From positions 787,090,001-787,154,000 of the forward strand of contig NC_091283.1 in assembly GCF_032444005.1 (NCBI RefSeq): 64,000 bases of DNA, read 5' to 3'. Shown here in pieces: positions 14,372 through 27,790 of the stretch. Numbering within the stretch: the stretch's first letter is position 1; each line of letters opens with the position of its first letter. A program made the translations under genes and the position numbers. Under the pieces are notes generated by a model. That model was not told the DNA's origin. It saw only the letters and a program-made list of their open reading frames with translations, and searched no databases. Source of the DNA: Ranitomeya imitator (lineage: Eukaryota).

Positions 14372-16340
14372 TGTGATGAACCCGCACCTCGCCACCCCAC
14401 CTAACATCACAATTTCATCAGATGGATCATGTAATTCTGTCTCCACACTTCCACCAACCTAACGTTCTGCACCCCCTGGGGACACGTAAGGTCAGCTTGT
14501 TACAGTTTTACACAGATGCCTCCTGTCCACAAAAGCCCAGGAAGGCATGGGGAGTGATAGGATGTAGCCCACACAGTCACTAACGTGGCACCACACTCAC
14601 TCACAACCCTGACAGGCTGAGAGGCCCCTTTCATAAGCATCAGTGAAACAGAGCACTGCCAGCCCGGTATGACTTCCACCAGTTCCTTGTTAGATATAAA
14701 CCCGGACTGTTAACGGGATTATATGGTTCCAAAAATAACCCCCGGTAGCATGGATAGTTAAGCCAAGAAACAGACGTGTGGATTTATGGATAGCGATAAA
14801 AGAGCAGGCCAATGTTAAATTATATATTTAATCTCCTTAAGGGCACACTAGACAATGCACTATATACACAATGGTAATACATATACAATGGTCATATATG
14901 CAAATATAATAGTGGTAGGACAAAAAATATAAGCATATGAATCATATCAATTACAAGGTTGATGTTTGACCATGTTTGGGCTGGGCCGCAGGGGGTCCTA
15001 GGTCCTTCACAGCATGTTACTCAATGCGACCCCCACTTTTGAAGTGAACCGCAAGCATAAGAGAGAGAGACCATGTGGCTCTACACTAGCCCTTAACTTC
15101 TTTGGGTCACTCCCCATTGGGCTGAACCTAAATCCCCTCCCCTTGCCTCTAGTACTACGGAACCTAAGATGGGTAATAACTCCTTAATAGACAGTCTTAG
15201 GAATTCGGTTTTGGCGCAATCAGATCCAGACAGATCCGTGCTATGCCTTGAGACTAAGGGTACCGTCACACTATAACATTTCGATCGCTACGACGGTACA
15301 ATTCGTGACGTTCCAGCGATATCGTTACGATATCGCTGTGTCTGACACGCAGCAGCGATCAGGGATCCTGCTGAGAATCGTACGTCATAGCAGATCGTAT
15401 GGAACTTTCTTTCATCGCTGGATCTCCCGCTGTCATCGCTAGATCGGTGTGTGTGACACCGATCTAGCGATCTAGCGATGCGATCCAGCGATGCGTTCGC
15501 TTGTAACCAGGGTAAACATCGGGTAACTAAGCGCAGGACCGCGCTTAGTTACCCGATGTTTACCCTGGTTACAAGCGTTAAACTAAAAAAAAACAAACAG
15601 CACATACTTACATTCTGGTGTCCGTCAGGTCCCTTGCCGTCTCTGCTTCCCGCACTGTGACTGCCGGCCGTAAAGTGAAAGCAGAGCACAGCGGCTGTGC
15701 TTTCACTTTCACTTTACGGCCGGCAGTCACTGAGTGCGGGAAGCAGAGACGGCAAGGGACCTGATGGACACCAGAATGTAAGTATGTGCTGTTTTTTTTT
15801 TTTTTAGTTTAACGCTTGTAACCAGGGTAAACATCGGGTAACTAAGCGCGGTCCTGCGCTTAGTTACCCGATGTTTACCCTGGTTACCCAGGGACCTCGG
15901 CATCATTGGTCGCTGGAGAGCTGTCTGTGTGACAGCTCCCCAGCGACCACACTACGATTTACCTACGATCACGGCCAGGTCATATCGCTGGTCGTGATCG
16001 TAGGTAAATCGTATAGTGTGACGGTACCCTAACACATCTTTGCTATCTGGCTCTTACTAGCCATTCTTCATATTACCCCTCCCTGGGGAGCTAGACCAAA
16101 TCGAGACCCTGAAAGGTGTTCGGTCCATTCCAGAGATCTCAAAAATGTTATCGGTGTGTGGCCAGGATGTATGATAAGTTCATATTCTCTTTATGAAATC
16201 AGAGGTGTCTGAACAAATCAGGTAGACCGCATAGTTTGGATCCACAGGGGGTCTTCCTATTCTAGTTAGTTGGAGGTGACAGGAATTCCCTCTTTGAAGC
16301 TGAAAAGCTGGGCTACTCTGCTGAGCCAGGTGTCTTGTTA
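14372..16340. mobile_element. Probable LTR-retrotransposon solo LTR or remnant, interrupted by a Harbinger MITE
   Basis: Starts TGTGATG and has LTR-like composition distinct from the AT-rich flanks. The right boundary and TSD are not resolved. Confidence 0.4.
15258..16029. mobile_element. PIF/Harbinger-type MITE (772 bp), same family as 10691-11354
   Basis: Perfect 18-bp TIR GGGTACCGTCACACTATA; TSD TAA (15255-15257, 16030-16032). Confidence 0.9.
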
Positions 16341-18366
16341 CTACTGTACGTTTTCAGAAGGATTGTAAGCTGTCAATAAATCCCCTCATCCGTCATAGTT
16401 TTTCCATCGCAAATATTTAAGGCATATCTTCAATGATCCACAGTGTTATACTAATGATATACAAACTATGCTGCTGTCATCTGAGTCTTAATTTATCCAA
16501 AGTGATGTATTCTCACTTTTCAAACTCTCTTATGTTTTTCAGTTTCAGCCTGCCTTGCCTGCTTCTTGCTTGTGACAGGTTGCCCAATGTCAACTCTTGC
16601 AAGCAGGAGGCAAGAACTGAGGCTGCTTCTCATAGAAATACACAGGAGATTCTGTGAAGTGAACACACAGATAGTACTAACAGTTTGAATTATTGGACTT
16701 CTATAATGCTGCAGTTAATAATTGTAGGGACTCACCTATGGTATAACTGCTGTTTTATATAAAGCAGAAATTATCTCTTCAACTGCACGATTAGACATTT
16801 AGAGAAACAAGGATGATGGAGCTAGTTGAGATAGTGTCAGGAAGCTGCTGTGAGGAATTTGATAGGTTATGATGTCATTCTATGGTTCACAGGAAATCAG
16901 AAACTAACTTCTTGACTTTTTGTGTACACAAGAGGTCATGTACTGGACAGGTCATCAGACTGCTCACATAACAGATTTGTCTGTAATAAGAGGATTCAAA
17001 TGTATTTATGCTACTAAGCTGGGGTGAAACAATAAGAAAGACAGAATAAAGCTAGTGAGTTAGTGTGATAGCAAAATTTAGAGTGCTAATTTAAACAGGT
17101 GCACATATACCATGGGTCCAACCTGTAAAGTTGCACAAGGGACCAAGACCAAGGGACCAAGCAGCTTCTGTCACAGACACTTAATGATGAATTATTGGAC
17201 TGCAAAAGGCCCATATACTGTTCTTTCATTATATATTTAAATATTATATTTCTCTGGTTTCTCACAGCCACCACTTTGAGGAACTTAAGTGTATAGTGGA
17301 CACTGTATGCAGAAAGTTTCTTCTAAGCGTGGCTGCACACAGAGTTTTAATATTGCAATCTTTGGCTGTTTGAGCATAAACTGGGGATTTGCAGCTTACG
17401 AAAAACAGATGGCCACCTCCTATAAAGATATGCTATGAATCAGTGCAGAATTTTGGACTTGCTTGTACATACAAATTATTGATTCCAAGGCAGACATATA
17501 CTTTAACTTACAACGAAATCCTTATACACTAATACTTTTACATGTAAAATTAAACATTGATTTGTCTTTCTATTATTATAAATGTCTCTACATCATGCAT
17601 TGCTTTTATTCCCATAGCCAAATCTCTAACCTGAATGTTATGAGTGGTAACATTATGCAGATGTGAAAAGGACAGACTCCTTTGTTGGCTATGCACTGTG
17701 CATTAATATATTGTATAGAAATCTGCTGCCCCCTGATAAGCCAACATGCCCAGCAGCAAAGGTCACATCTAAACATTCTGAAAAATTTCATATTCATTCC
17801 CCGTATACATCTTAGATTCTATATATACAAAGCCAGCTGTATGGGAAGTATTTCTGTAATGTGCTGAAACCATTGCATTCAACATCACTAAAGAGTCAAG
17901 ACCATTGTGAAATTTCCATTCAACATGAAATTATAAATAACAGTAGCTCAATAAAAGGGAAAAAAGATAACAATTTGATGTGATAGGATAAAATGTGATT
18001 ACATGATGACCAACTAGCTAGTAATAAAATCATATTACAGTAGGTCAGAACAACTCCACTGATAACATGCATTTATGGTATAAACACAGCATATGGGGAC
18101 TATGAAAAGGTACAAAAATGTATTTTTATAATATCTCAGAACCAAGGCAGGTGCATAGTCTGAGATGGTAAAACTTGCATTTCCTTCATGTTGGGTAAAT
18201 TTAGTGAAAGTATTTCCACCTAGACTCTATGCACATAAGACTTTAATTTAGCTCTACAAAAAAGTTGCAAAAGTGTTTTCTGTATCAACACTTTTTAACC
18301 CATCTCTATCTTTCTCTCTTATATATCTAAAAAATATGTATATATATCAGGTGTCTTTAACAGATA

Positions 18367-19514
18367 CAGTGCCTTGCGAAAGTATTCGGCTTCCTGAAAC
18401 TTTTCAACCTTTTCCCACATATCATGCTTCAAACATAAAGATACCAAATGTAATTTTTTGGTGAAGAATCAACAAGTGGAACACAGTTGTGAATTTGAAT
18501 GAAATTTATTGGTTATTTTAAATTTTTGGGGAAATTCAAAAACTGAAAAGTGGGGCATGCAATGTTATTCGTCCCCTTTACTTTCAGTGAAGCAAACTTA
18601 CTGCAGAAGTTCATTGTGGATCTCTGAATGATCGAATGTTGTCCTAAATGCCTAATGATGATAAATATAATCCACCTGTGTGTAACCAAGTCTCCGTATA
18701 AATGCACCTGCTCTGTGATAGTCTCAGGGTTCTGTTTGAAGCACAGAGAGCATCATGAAGACCAAGGAACACAACAACAGGCAGGTCCGTGATACTGTTG
18801 TGGAGAAGTTTAAAGCCGGATTTGGATACAAAATGATTTCCAAAACTTTAAACATCCCAAGGAGCACTGTGCAAGCGATCATATTGAAATGGAAGGAGTA
18901 TCATACCACTGCAAATCTACCAAGACCCGGCCGTCCCTCTAAACTTTCTTCTCAAACAAGGAGAAAACTGATCAGAGATGCAGCCAGGAGGCCCATGATC
19001 CCTCTGGATGAACTGCAGAGATCTACAGCTGAGGTGGGACAGTCTGTCCATAGGACAACAATCAGTCGTACACTGCACAAATCTGGCCTTTATGGTAGAG
19101 TGGCAAGAAGAAAACCATTTCTCAAAGATATCCATAAAAAGTGTAATTTAAAGTTTGCAACAAGCCACCAGGGAGACACACCAAACAAGTGGAAGAAGGT
19201 GCTCTGGTCAGATGAAACCAAAATTGAACTTTTTCGCAACAATGCCAAACGATATGTTTGGCGTAAAGGCAACACAGCTCATCACCCTGAACACACCATC
19301 CCCACTGGCCGAATAATTTTGCATGCCCCACTTTTCAGTTTTTGAATTTCCACAAAAATGTAAAATTACCAATAAATTTCATTCAACTTCACAATTGTGT
19401 TCCACTTGTTGATCCTTCAACAAAAATTTACATTTAGTATCTTTATGTTTGAAGCATGATATGTGGGAAAATGTTGAAAAGTTCCAGGGAGCAGAATACT
19501 TTCCCAAAGCACTG
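18367..19514 (+). mobile_element. Internally deleted Tc1 element (1148 bp)
   Basis: TA|CAGTGCCTTGCGAAAGTATTC...GCACTG|TA. ORF 18755-19345 covers the HTH and WSDETK, then runs into the right TIR; the second D and the E are missing. Confidence 0.92.
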
Positions 19515-20599
19515 TACATCAGAATATTCCAGGTCTTCTTTTGAAATCAAGCTTTATTGGACTTTGAGATATGTTTGGGCTCATTGTCCTGTTGGAAGGT
19601 CCAATGACAGCCAAGCTTCAAATTCATTATAACATTTTCTAGGTTTTCCTATACTTGAAATAAATAAAAATACTTGATTTAATCCATTTTGTCCTCTGCA
19701 TGCTGCAGGTTTCCAGTGCCAGAAGAAGAAAAATGCTTCAGAGCATCATTGATCCACATGTAGGCATTACTGAGCCACCACCACACTCCACTGTAGGCAG
19801 GGCGTTCTTGTTAATATATGATTCCTTTTTCCTCTTCCAGAAATACTGCTGATTAGGGTTGAGCGAAATGGGTCGTTCATTTTCAAAAGTCGCCGACTTT
19901 TGGCAAAGTCGGGTTTCATGAAACCCGATCCGACCCCTGTGCGGGGTCGGCCATGCGGTACGCGACTTTCGCGCCAAAGTCGCGTTTCAATGACGCGAAA
20001 AGCGCCATTTCTCAGCCAATGAAGGTAAACGCAGAGTGTGGGCAGCGTGATGACATAGGTCCTGGTCCCCACCATCTTAGAGAAGGGCATTGCAGTGATT
20101 GGCTTGCTGTCTGCGGCGTCACAGGGGCTATAAAGGGGAGTTCCCGCCGACCGCCATGTTACTGCTGCTGATCTGAGCTTAGGGAGAGGTTGCTGCCGCT
20201 TCGTCAGAAGCAGGGATAGCGTTAGGCAGGGTCCATTAACCACCAAACCGCTTGTGCTGTAGCGATTTCCACTGCCCAACACCACCTTCGGTGTGCAGGG
20301 ACAGTGGAAGCTACATTTTTTTTTTTTCCCCCTCAGCGCTGTAGCTCATTGGGCTGCCCTAGAAGGCTCCCTGATAGCTGCATTGCTGTGTGTACGCCGC
20401 TGTGCAAACCAACTGCTTTTTTCAAAGCACAAATCCTCTTGTTCCTTCCTTTCTGCACAGCTATCTTTTTGGTTTGTACACACTTTTTATTTAATTTGTG
20501 CATCAGTCCACTCCTTATTGCTGCCTGCCATACCTGGCTGAGATTACTGCAGGGAGATAGTAATTGAAGGACACTCCCTGTTTTTTTTTTTTTTTTTTT

Positions 20600-21790
20600 T
20601 TTGTGGGAGATTAAGATTGACATTTCTGCTAGAGTGCCATCCCTGTCTGTGTCATCTCTCACTCAGTGGGCCATAGAAAGCCTATTTATTTTTTTGCTTG
20701 ATTTGGGTTATAAAATCTACCTGAAAAAATCACTACATCAATCAGTGGGAGAAAAATATTGGCCTCAGGGCTTGTGTGCCACTCTTGACTCCTGTGTGCA
20801 TCATCACTCACTCAGTGGGCCATAGAAAGCCTATTTATTTTTTTGCTTGATTTTGGTTCTAAAATCTACCTGAAAAAATCACTACATCAATCAGTGGGAG
20901 AAAAATATTGGCCTCAGGGCTTGTGTGCCACTCCTGACTCCTGTGTGCATCATCACTCACTCAGTGGGCCATAGAAAGCCCATTTTTTTTTTTTTTTGCT
21001 TTATTTGGGTTCTAAATTCTACCTGAAAAAATCAATAAATCAATCAGCGGGAGATTAATATTGGCCTTAGGGCTTGCGTGCCATCTCTCTCTCTCAGATA
21101 GTGGGCCATAGAAAGCCTATTTATTTTTTTTTTTATTGGGTTTATAAATTTTCCCTGGGAAAAAAAAAAAAAAAGTGGGAGATTAATATTGGCCTCTGGG
21201 CTTGTGTGCCAGTCCTGAGCGTGCCATCTCTCTCACAAATAGTGGGCCATAGAAAGCCTATTTATTTATTTTTTTTTTGTTTTATAAATTCTCCCTTAAA
21301 AAAAGGGAGATTAATATTGGCCTTTGGGCTTGTGTGCCAGTCCTAAGCTTGCCATCTCTCTCTGTCTCTCAGATAGTGGGCCATAGAAAGCCTATTTATT
21401 TATTTTTTTTTTGTTTTATAAATTCTCCCTTAAAAAAAAGGGAGATTAATATTGGCCTTTGGGCTTGTGTGCCAGTCCTAAGCTTGCCATCTCTCTCTGT
21501 CTCTCAGATAGTGGGCCATAGAAAGCCTATTTATTATTTTTTTTATTGGGTTTATAAATTTTCCCTGGAACAAAAAAAAAAAAGTGGGAGATAAATATTG
21601 GCCTCTGGGCTTGTGTGCCACTCCTGACTCCTGTGTGCGTCATCTCTCACTCAGTGGGCCATAGAAAGCCTTTTTTTGTTTTATTTGGTTTCTAAATTCT
21701 TCCTGAAAAAATCATTTTATTCTATTATTTTTTTTTCCTAAAGTCTCCCTTAAAAAAAAAAAAAAAAAAAAAAAATCAAATCAGTGGGAG
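20600..21790. repeat. Left subterminal tandem array of hAT copy 1 (about 120-140-bp units containing GTGGGCCATAGAAAGCC and GGGAGATTAATATTGGCC)
   Basis: About 9 visible units with variable poly-T/poly-A tracts. Confidence 0.9.
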
Positions 21791-22006
21791 ATTAATATTT
21801 ACATTTGTGCTTCAGTGACAGTCCTGCGTGTGTGGCATCTCTCTCATTTGTTGCCACCAACAACAGAGTGTGTAACATTGTGCCTGATTTTCGTTGTGGT
21901 CTCACTCACCTGTAAAGGGGTAGCTAAATCATACTGAAGTTATAGCTCACCGTGTAATTTGTGTGACAGCAACAAATACCGTTAGTTTGTTTACGTTTTT
22001 AAAACA

Positions 22007-25000
22007 ATGAGGAAGTATGGTGGAAGAGGTCGTGGCCGGGGGCGTTCATTGTCAGCTGGTAATGAGGGTAGTGGTAGTGGTGGAGCATCAGCTGGTCGTG
22101 GGAAAAAAAATATTGCACCTAAGTCTGGAGCTGTGGAGCCAGGTTCGTCGTCTGGCTACACAAGGCCTCGAACGCTCCCTTTTCTGGGAGTAGGAAAACC
22201 GCTTTTAAAGCCGGAGCAGCAAGAGCAAGTTTTGGCTTATCTTGCTGACTCAGCCTCTAGCTCTTTTGCCTCCTCTCGTGAAACTGGTAAATGTCAAAGC
22301 AGCGCGTCGTTAGTGGATGTTCACGGTCAGGGACAAGTCGCTTCCTTGTCCTCTTCAGCAAAAACAACAACAGAGAAGAATGCAGCAGGCGACACAACGG
22401 GTTACTCCATGGAGCTCTTTACACATACCGTCCCTGGCTTAGAAAGTGAAGCAGTTAACAGTCCATGCCCATTACAAGTTGAATCTGACATGGAGTGCAC
22501 TGATGCACAGCCACAACCAGACTACTATGCTGGTCCTTTGACTCAGACCACAACATTGCCCTCGCAGGGTGCTGATCAAGAATCAGACCCTGATGAGACT
22601 ATGTTGCCCCATCACGAACGCTATACCACCGACCGACACGGTGACACAGACGAAGTTGCACACGAGCTACAAGAAGAGGTAATAGATGACCCAGTTCTTG
22701 ACCCCGATTGGCAGCCATTGGGGGAACAGGGTGCAGGCGGCAGCAGTTCTGAAGCGGAGGAGGAGGGGCCGCAGCAGGCATCAACATCGCAACAGGTTCC
22801 ATCTGCCGGGCCCATATCTTGCCCAAAACGCGTGGCAAAGCCAAAACCTGTTGGAGGACAGCGTGGCCATCCGGTTAAAGCTCAGTCTGCAATGCCTGAA
22901 AAGGTATCCGATGCTAGAAAGAGTGCAGTCTGGCATTTTTTTAAACAACATCCAATTGATCAGCGCAAAGTCATCTGTCAAAAATGTTCAACTACCTTAA
23001 GCAGAGGACAGAATCTGAAAAGTCTCAATACAAGTTGCATGCATAGACATTTAACCACCATGCATTTGAAAGCCTGGACTAACTACCAAACGTCCCTTAA
23101 GGTTGTAGCACCCTCGGCCAATGAAGCTAGTCAGCAACGCAACATCCCTTCCGGCAGTGTAGGGCCACCATTTTCCGCACCACCTGCAGTATCTGTGCAG
23201 GTTTCTTTGCCAGGCCAAAGCAGTCAGGGTCAGGGAATCACCAATTTCGTAGTAGGAAACACTGCATCTAGGGCACCGGTGGCAACAATACCATCTCCCA
23301 CCGTCTCTCAGTCTGCCATGTCCACCGGCACCCCCGCTAGTTCCACGATCTCCAGCTCTCCAGTCCAGCTCACCCTACATGAGACTATGGTTAGAAAAAG
23401 GAAGTACTTAGCCTCGCATCCGTGTACACAGGGTTTGAACGCACACATAGCTAGACTAATCTCGTTAGAGATGATGCCCTACCGGTTAGTTGAAAGCGAA
23501 GCTTTCAAAGCCCTGATGGACTACGCTGTACCACGCTACGAGCTACCCAGTCGACACTTTTTTCCAGAAAAGCCATCCCAGCCCTCCACCAGCATGTTAA
23601 AGAGCGCATCGTCCATGCACTCAGGCAATCTGTGAGCACAAAGGTGCACCTGACAACAGATGCATGGACCAGTAGGCATGGCCAGGGACGTTACGTGTCC
23701 ATCACGGCACACTGGGTAAATGTGGTGGATGCAGGGTCCACAGGGGACAGCAAGTTTGGGACAGTTCTGCCTAGCCCACGGTCTAGGAAACAATTGGCTG
23801 TAGCCGTTCGCACCCCCTCCTCCTCCTCTTCGTCCTCCTGCAGAAGCGAGAGCTCGTCCACAGACCGCAGTCGCACAACCACTCCATCCGCAGCTGCCAC
23901 TGTTGCACACCAGGTCTCCCATTATGGGGCAGCTACTGGCAAACGTCAGCAGGCTGTATTGGCTATGAAGTGTTTGGGCGACAACAGACACACCGCTGAA
24001 GTTCTGTCCGAGTTCTTGCAGAAAGAAACGCAGTCGTGGCTGGGCACTGTAGATCTTGAGGCAGGCAAGGTAGTGAGTGATAACGGAAGGAATTTCATGG
24101 CTGCCATCTCCCTTTCCCAACTGAAACACATTCCTTGCCTGGCTCACACCTTAAACCTGGTGGTGCAGTGCTTCCTGAAAAGTTATCCGGGGTTATCCGA
24201 CCTGCTCCTCAAAGTGCGTGGACTTTGCTCACATATCCGCCGTTCGCCCGTACACTCCAGCCGTATGCAGACCTATCAGCGTTCTTTGAACCTTCCCCAG
24301 CATCGCCTAATCATAGACGTTGCAACAAGGTGGAACTCAACACTGCACATGCTTCAGAGACTGTGTGAACAGAGGCGGGCTGTTATGTTTTTGTGGGAGG
24401 ATACACATACACGGGCAGGCAGTAGGATGGCAGACATGGAGTTGTCAGGTGTGCAGTGGTCGAAGATTCAAGACATGTGTCAAGTCCTTCAGTGTTTTGA
24501 GGAATGCACACGGCTGGTTAGTGCAGACAACGCCATAATAAGCATGAGCATCCCCCTAATGCGTCTGCTGATGCAAAGTTTGATGCACATAAAGGATCAG
24601 GCGTCTACAGCTGACGAAGAGGAAAGCCTTGATGACAGTCAGCCATTGTCTGGCCAGGGCAGTGTACAGGACGAGGTAGCGGGCGAAGAGGAGGAGGAGG
24701 ACGAGGAGGATGATGGGGATGATTATATTTTTAATGAGGAAGCTTTTCCGGGGCCACTGGAAATTGGTGGCGCGGCAAGGCCGGGTTCTGGTTTTTTGAG
24801 GGACACAAGTGACGTGGATTTGCCTGAAACTGCCCCTCAACCAAGCACAACCGCAGATTTGAGAACTGGAACTTTGGCCCACATGGCGGATTATGCCTTA
24901 CGTATCCTCAAAAGGGACACACGCATAACTAAAATGATGAATGATGACGATTACTTGTTGGCCTGCCTCCTTGATCCTCGCTATAAAGGCAAATTGCAAA

Positions 25001-25575
25001 ATATAATGCAACATGAGAACTTGGAACTAATATTAGCAACCAAACAATCAACTCTTGTTGACCGTTTGCTTCTGGCATTCCCTGCACACAGCGCCCGTGA
25101 TCGTTCTCACACGAGCTGCAGGGGCCAGCAGACCAGAGGAGTTAGAGGGGCAGAAATCAGAAGTGGCGTTGGCCAGAGGGGTTTTCTGACCAGGTTGTGG
25201 AGTGATTTTGCTATGACCGCAGACAGGACAGGTACTGCAGCATCAATTCAAAGTGACAGGAGACAACATTTGTCCAATATGGTTACAAACTATTTTTCAT
25301 CCCTTATCGATGTTCTCCCTCAACCGTCATTCCCATTTGATTACTGGGCATCCAAATTAGACACCTGGCCAGAATTGGCAGAATATGCATTGCAGGAGCT
25401 TGCTTGCCCGGCAGCTAGTGTCCTATCAGAAAGAGTATTCAGTGCTGCAGGTTCAATACTAACAGAAAAAAGGACTCGTCTGGCTACCCAAAATGTAGAT
25501 GATCTAACCTTCATTAAAATGAACCACAACTGGATTTCGAAATCTTTTGCCCCACCTTGCCCGGCTGACACCTAG
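22007..25575 (+). pseudogene. hAT BED-finger transposase, frameshifted by a 1-nt deletion in a T run (about 23558-23563)
   Basis: ORFs 22007-23635 and 23632-25575 together are colinear with the 1192-aa ORF of copy 2. The run is T6 here and T7 in copy 2. Confidence 0.9.
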
Positions 25576-26039
25576 CTTTCCTATGAAAAGGTCTTGCCTG
25601 TGGACTATTCTGAATGCCTTTTCCAATCTCGTAATTTTCTGCACCTGATTGTCCAGCATACGACATGTTTACACCTCACTAAATGGCCAAACTCCCCACA
25701 CGGGGCCGTGGTATCGACACTTGGCGACAGCACCCGTGAGAGTGCAGTTTGTCTGAAGAGGTGGGTGAGCCCGCTTTTGGTCGACGGCACTGCCACTGGG
25801 TCCCTCCTAGTACAATAAAGTGTCTCTGGCAGTGGTGGTGCGCATCCAACGTCAGACACACCGTTGTAATATGAGGGGCCCTGGGCCTGTACCGCCGGCC
25901 ACAAGACAGTTTCCCCCCACCCCAGCTCAAACAGTGCTCTACCACTTGCAAAATTATCTCACAGCTCCACCAATGTTTAGTCTATGCGCTGACATCCTTC
26001 AATGCCTGCCACTGACAATACCATTGTATTGACATTTTT

Positions 26040-26490
26040 GTTATGTTAGGCCTTCGATGCCTGTCTGTGGTCACTCCTTCCACTAGGCCTCCACTGACCA
26101 CACCACTGCTGCCCGTGTACCCCTGTAACCAATTGAAAATTGCCTACAGCCATGTGTTATTATTTTAGGCCTTCGATGCCTGTCTGCGGTCACTCCTTCC
26201 ACTAGGCCTCCACTGACCACACCACTGCTGCCCGTGTACCCCTGGAACCAATTTAAAATTGCCTACAGCCATGTGTTATTATTTTAGGCCTTCGATGCCT
26301 GTCTGCGGTCACTCCTTCCACTAGGCCTCCACTGACCACACCACTGCTGCCCGTGTACCCCTGGAACCAATTTAAAATTGCCTACAGCCATGTGTTATTA
26401 TTTTAGGCCTTCGATGCCTGTCTGCGGTCACTCCTTCCACTAGGCCTCCACTGACCACACCACTGCTGCCCGTGTACCCCTGGAACCAAC
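26040..26490. repeat. 119-bp tandem repeat x4 (hAT copy 1, right side)
   Basis: TAGGCCTTCGATGCC recurs at 26047, 26166, 26285 and 26404. Confidence 0.95.
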
Positions 26491-26939
26491 ATCAGAAAAT
26501 ATAAAAATAAGTATTTTGCTTATAAAATAGAAAATATTGGAGAGATATCAAATGCAGACATTTTAACATTAAAAGCAAACACATACAACAAAAATCTGGT
26601 ACAGTACTAAAAATGGCCACCAGCTACAATAACTTTCTCCTGCAAGTAGTTAACTGAAAGGTTTTTTCAATTTTAAACACAGATATGGCATCCACCAAGT
26701 GTTGTCCTGTCGCGTCTTCTTTATATTATTGCCAAGAAGATGCAAAACAATGAAAATAATAAAATCATTATTTACCAAAAAAATAGAGTAAGTCAAAACC
26801 ACATTGCAAATAAACATTCATTACAAATAAAGAAGCAGGGCGCGTCCGAGGGTGAGTATATACCTAATAAGAATATAATCACCCTCGGACGCGCCCTGCT
26901 TCTTTCCGACAGCCTTCCTTCCTAAGAATCAGCCCTTCC

Positions 26940-27790
26940 GTGGTGTAGAGAGAGGGTTTGTTACACTCCAAGGTGTTCCCCAGGTTGCCTTTCCTGAGCT
27001 TCGATCTTCCGGCTCTCGTTTAGTAGTTGTTGGAAACTACGCTGCATTGGGCCTACAAATTGGGTATGGGGTGTAGAGAGATGGTGTGTTCCACTCCAAG
27101 GTGTTCCCCAGGTTGCCTTTCCTGAGCTTCGATCTTCCGGCTCTCGTTTAGTAGTTGTTGGAAACTACGCTGCATTAGGCCTACAAATTGGGTATGGGGT
27201 GTAGAGAGATGGTGTGTTACACTCCAAGGTGTTCCCCAGGTTTCCTCTCCATTGCTTCGATCTTCCGGCTCTCGTTTAGTAGTTGTTGGAAACTACGCTG
27301 CATTGGGCCTACAAATTGGGTATGGGGTGTAGAGAGATGGTGTGTTCCACTCCAAGGTGTTCTCCAGGTTGCCTTTCCTGAGCTTCGATCTTCCGGCTCT
27401 CGTTTAGTAGTTGTTGTAAACTACGCTGCATTAGGCCTACAAATTGGGTATGGGGTGTAGAGAGATGGTGTGTTACACTCCAAGGTGTTCCCCAGGTTTC
27501 CTCTCCATTGCTTCGATCTTCCGGCTCTCGTTTAGTAGTTGTTGGAAACTACGCTGCATTAGGCCTACAAATTGGGTATGGGGTGTAGAGAGATGGTGTG
27601 TTCCACTGTAGAGAGATGGTGTGTTCCACTCCAAGGTGTTCCCCAGGTTTCCTCGCCAATGCTTCGATCATCATGCTCTCGTTTAGTAGTTGTTGGAAAC
27701 TACGCTGCATTAGGCCTACAAATTGGGTATGGGGTGTAGAGAGATGGTGTGTTCCACTCCAAGGTGTTCTCCAGGTTGCCTTTCCTGAAC
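26940..27790. repeat. 128-bp tandem repeat, about 7 units (hAT copy 1, right side)
   Basis: CTCCAAGGTGTT recurs at 26966, 27094, 27222 and onward. Confidence 0.93.

Noticed and set aside
16429-16470. Possible TMEM26 exon 2 (minus strand reads LYIISITLWIIE)
   Set aside because: Lacks FSPA and the VPS spacing, has no polypyrimidine acceptor or donor, and has an in-frame stop close by; probably a chance match.
26040-27790. Regular arrays resembling CRISPR
   Set aside because: The units repeat in full with no unique spacers, there are no cas genes, and the context is a eukaryotic transposon.
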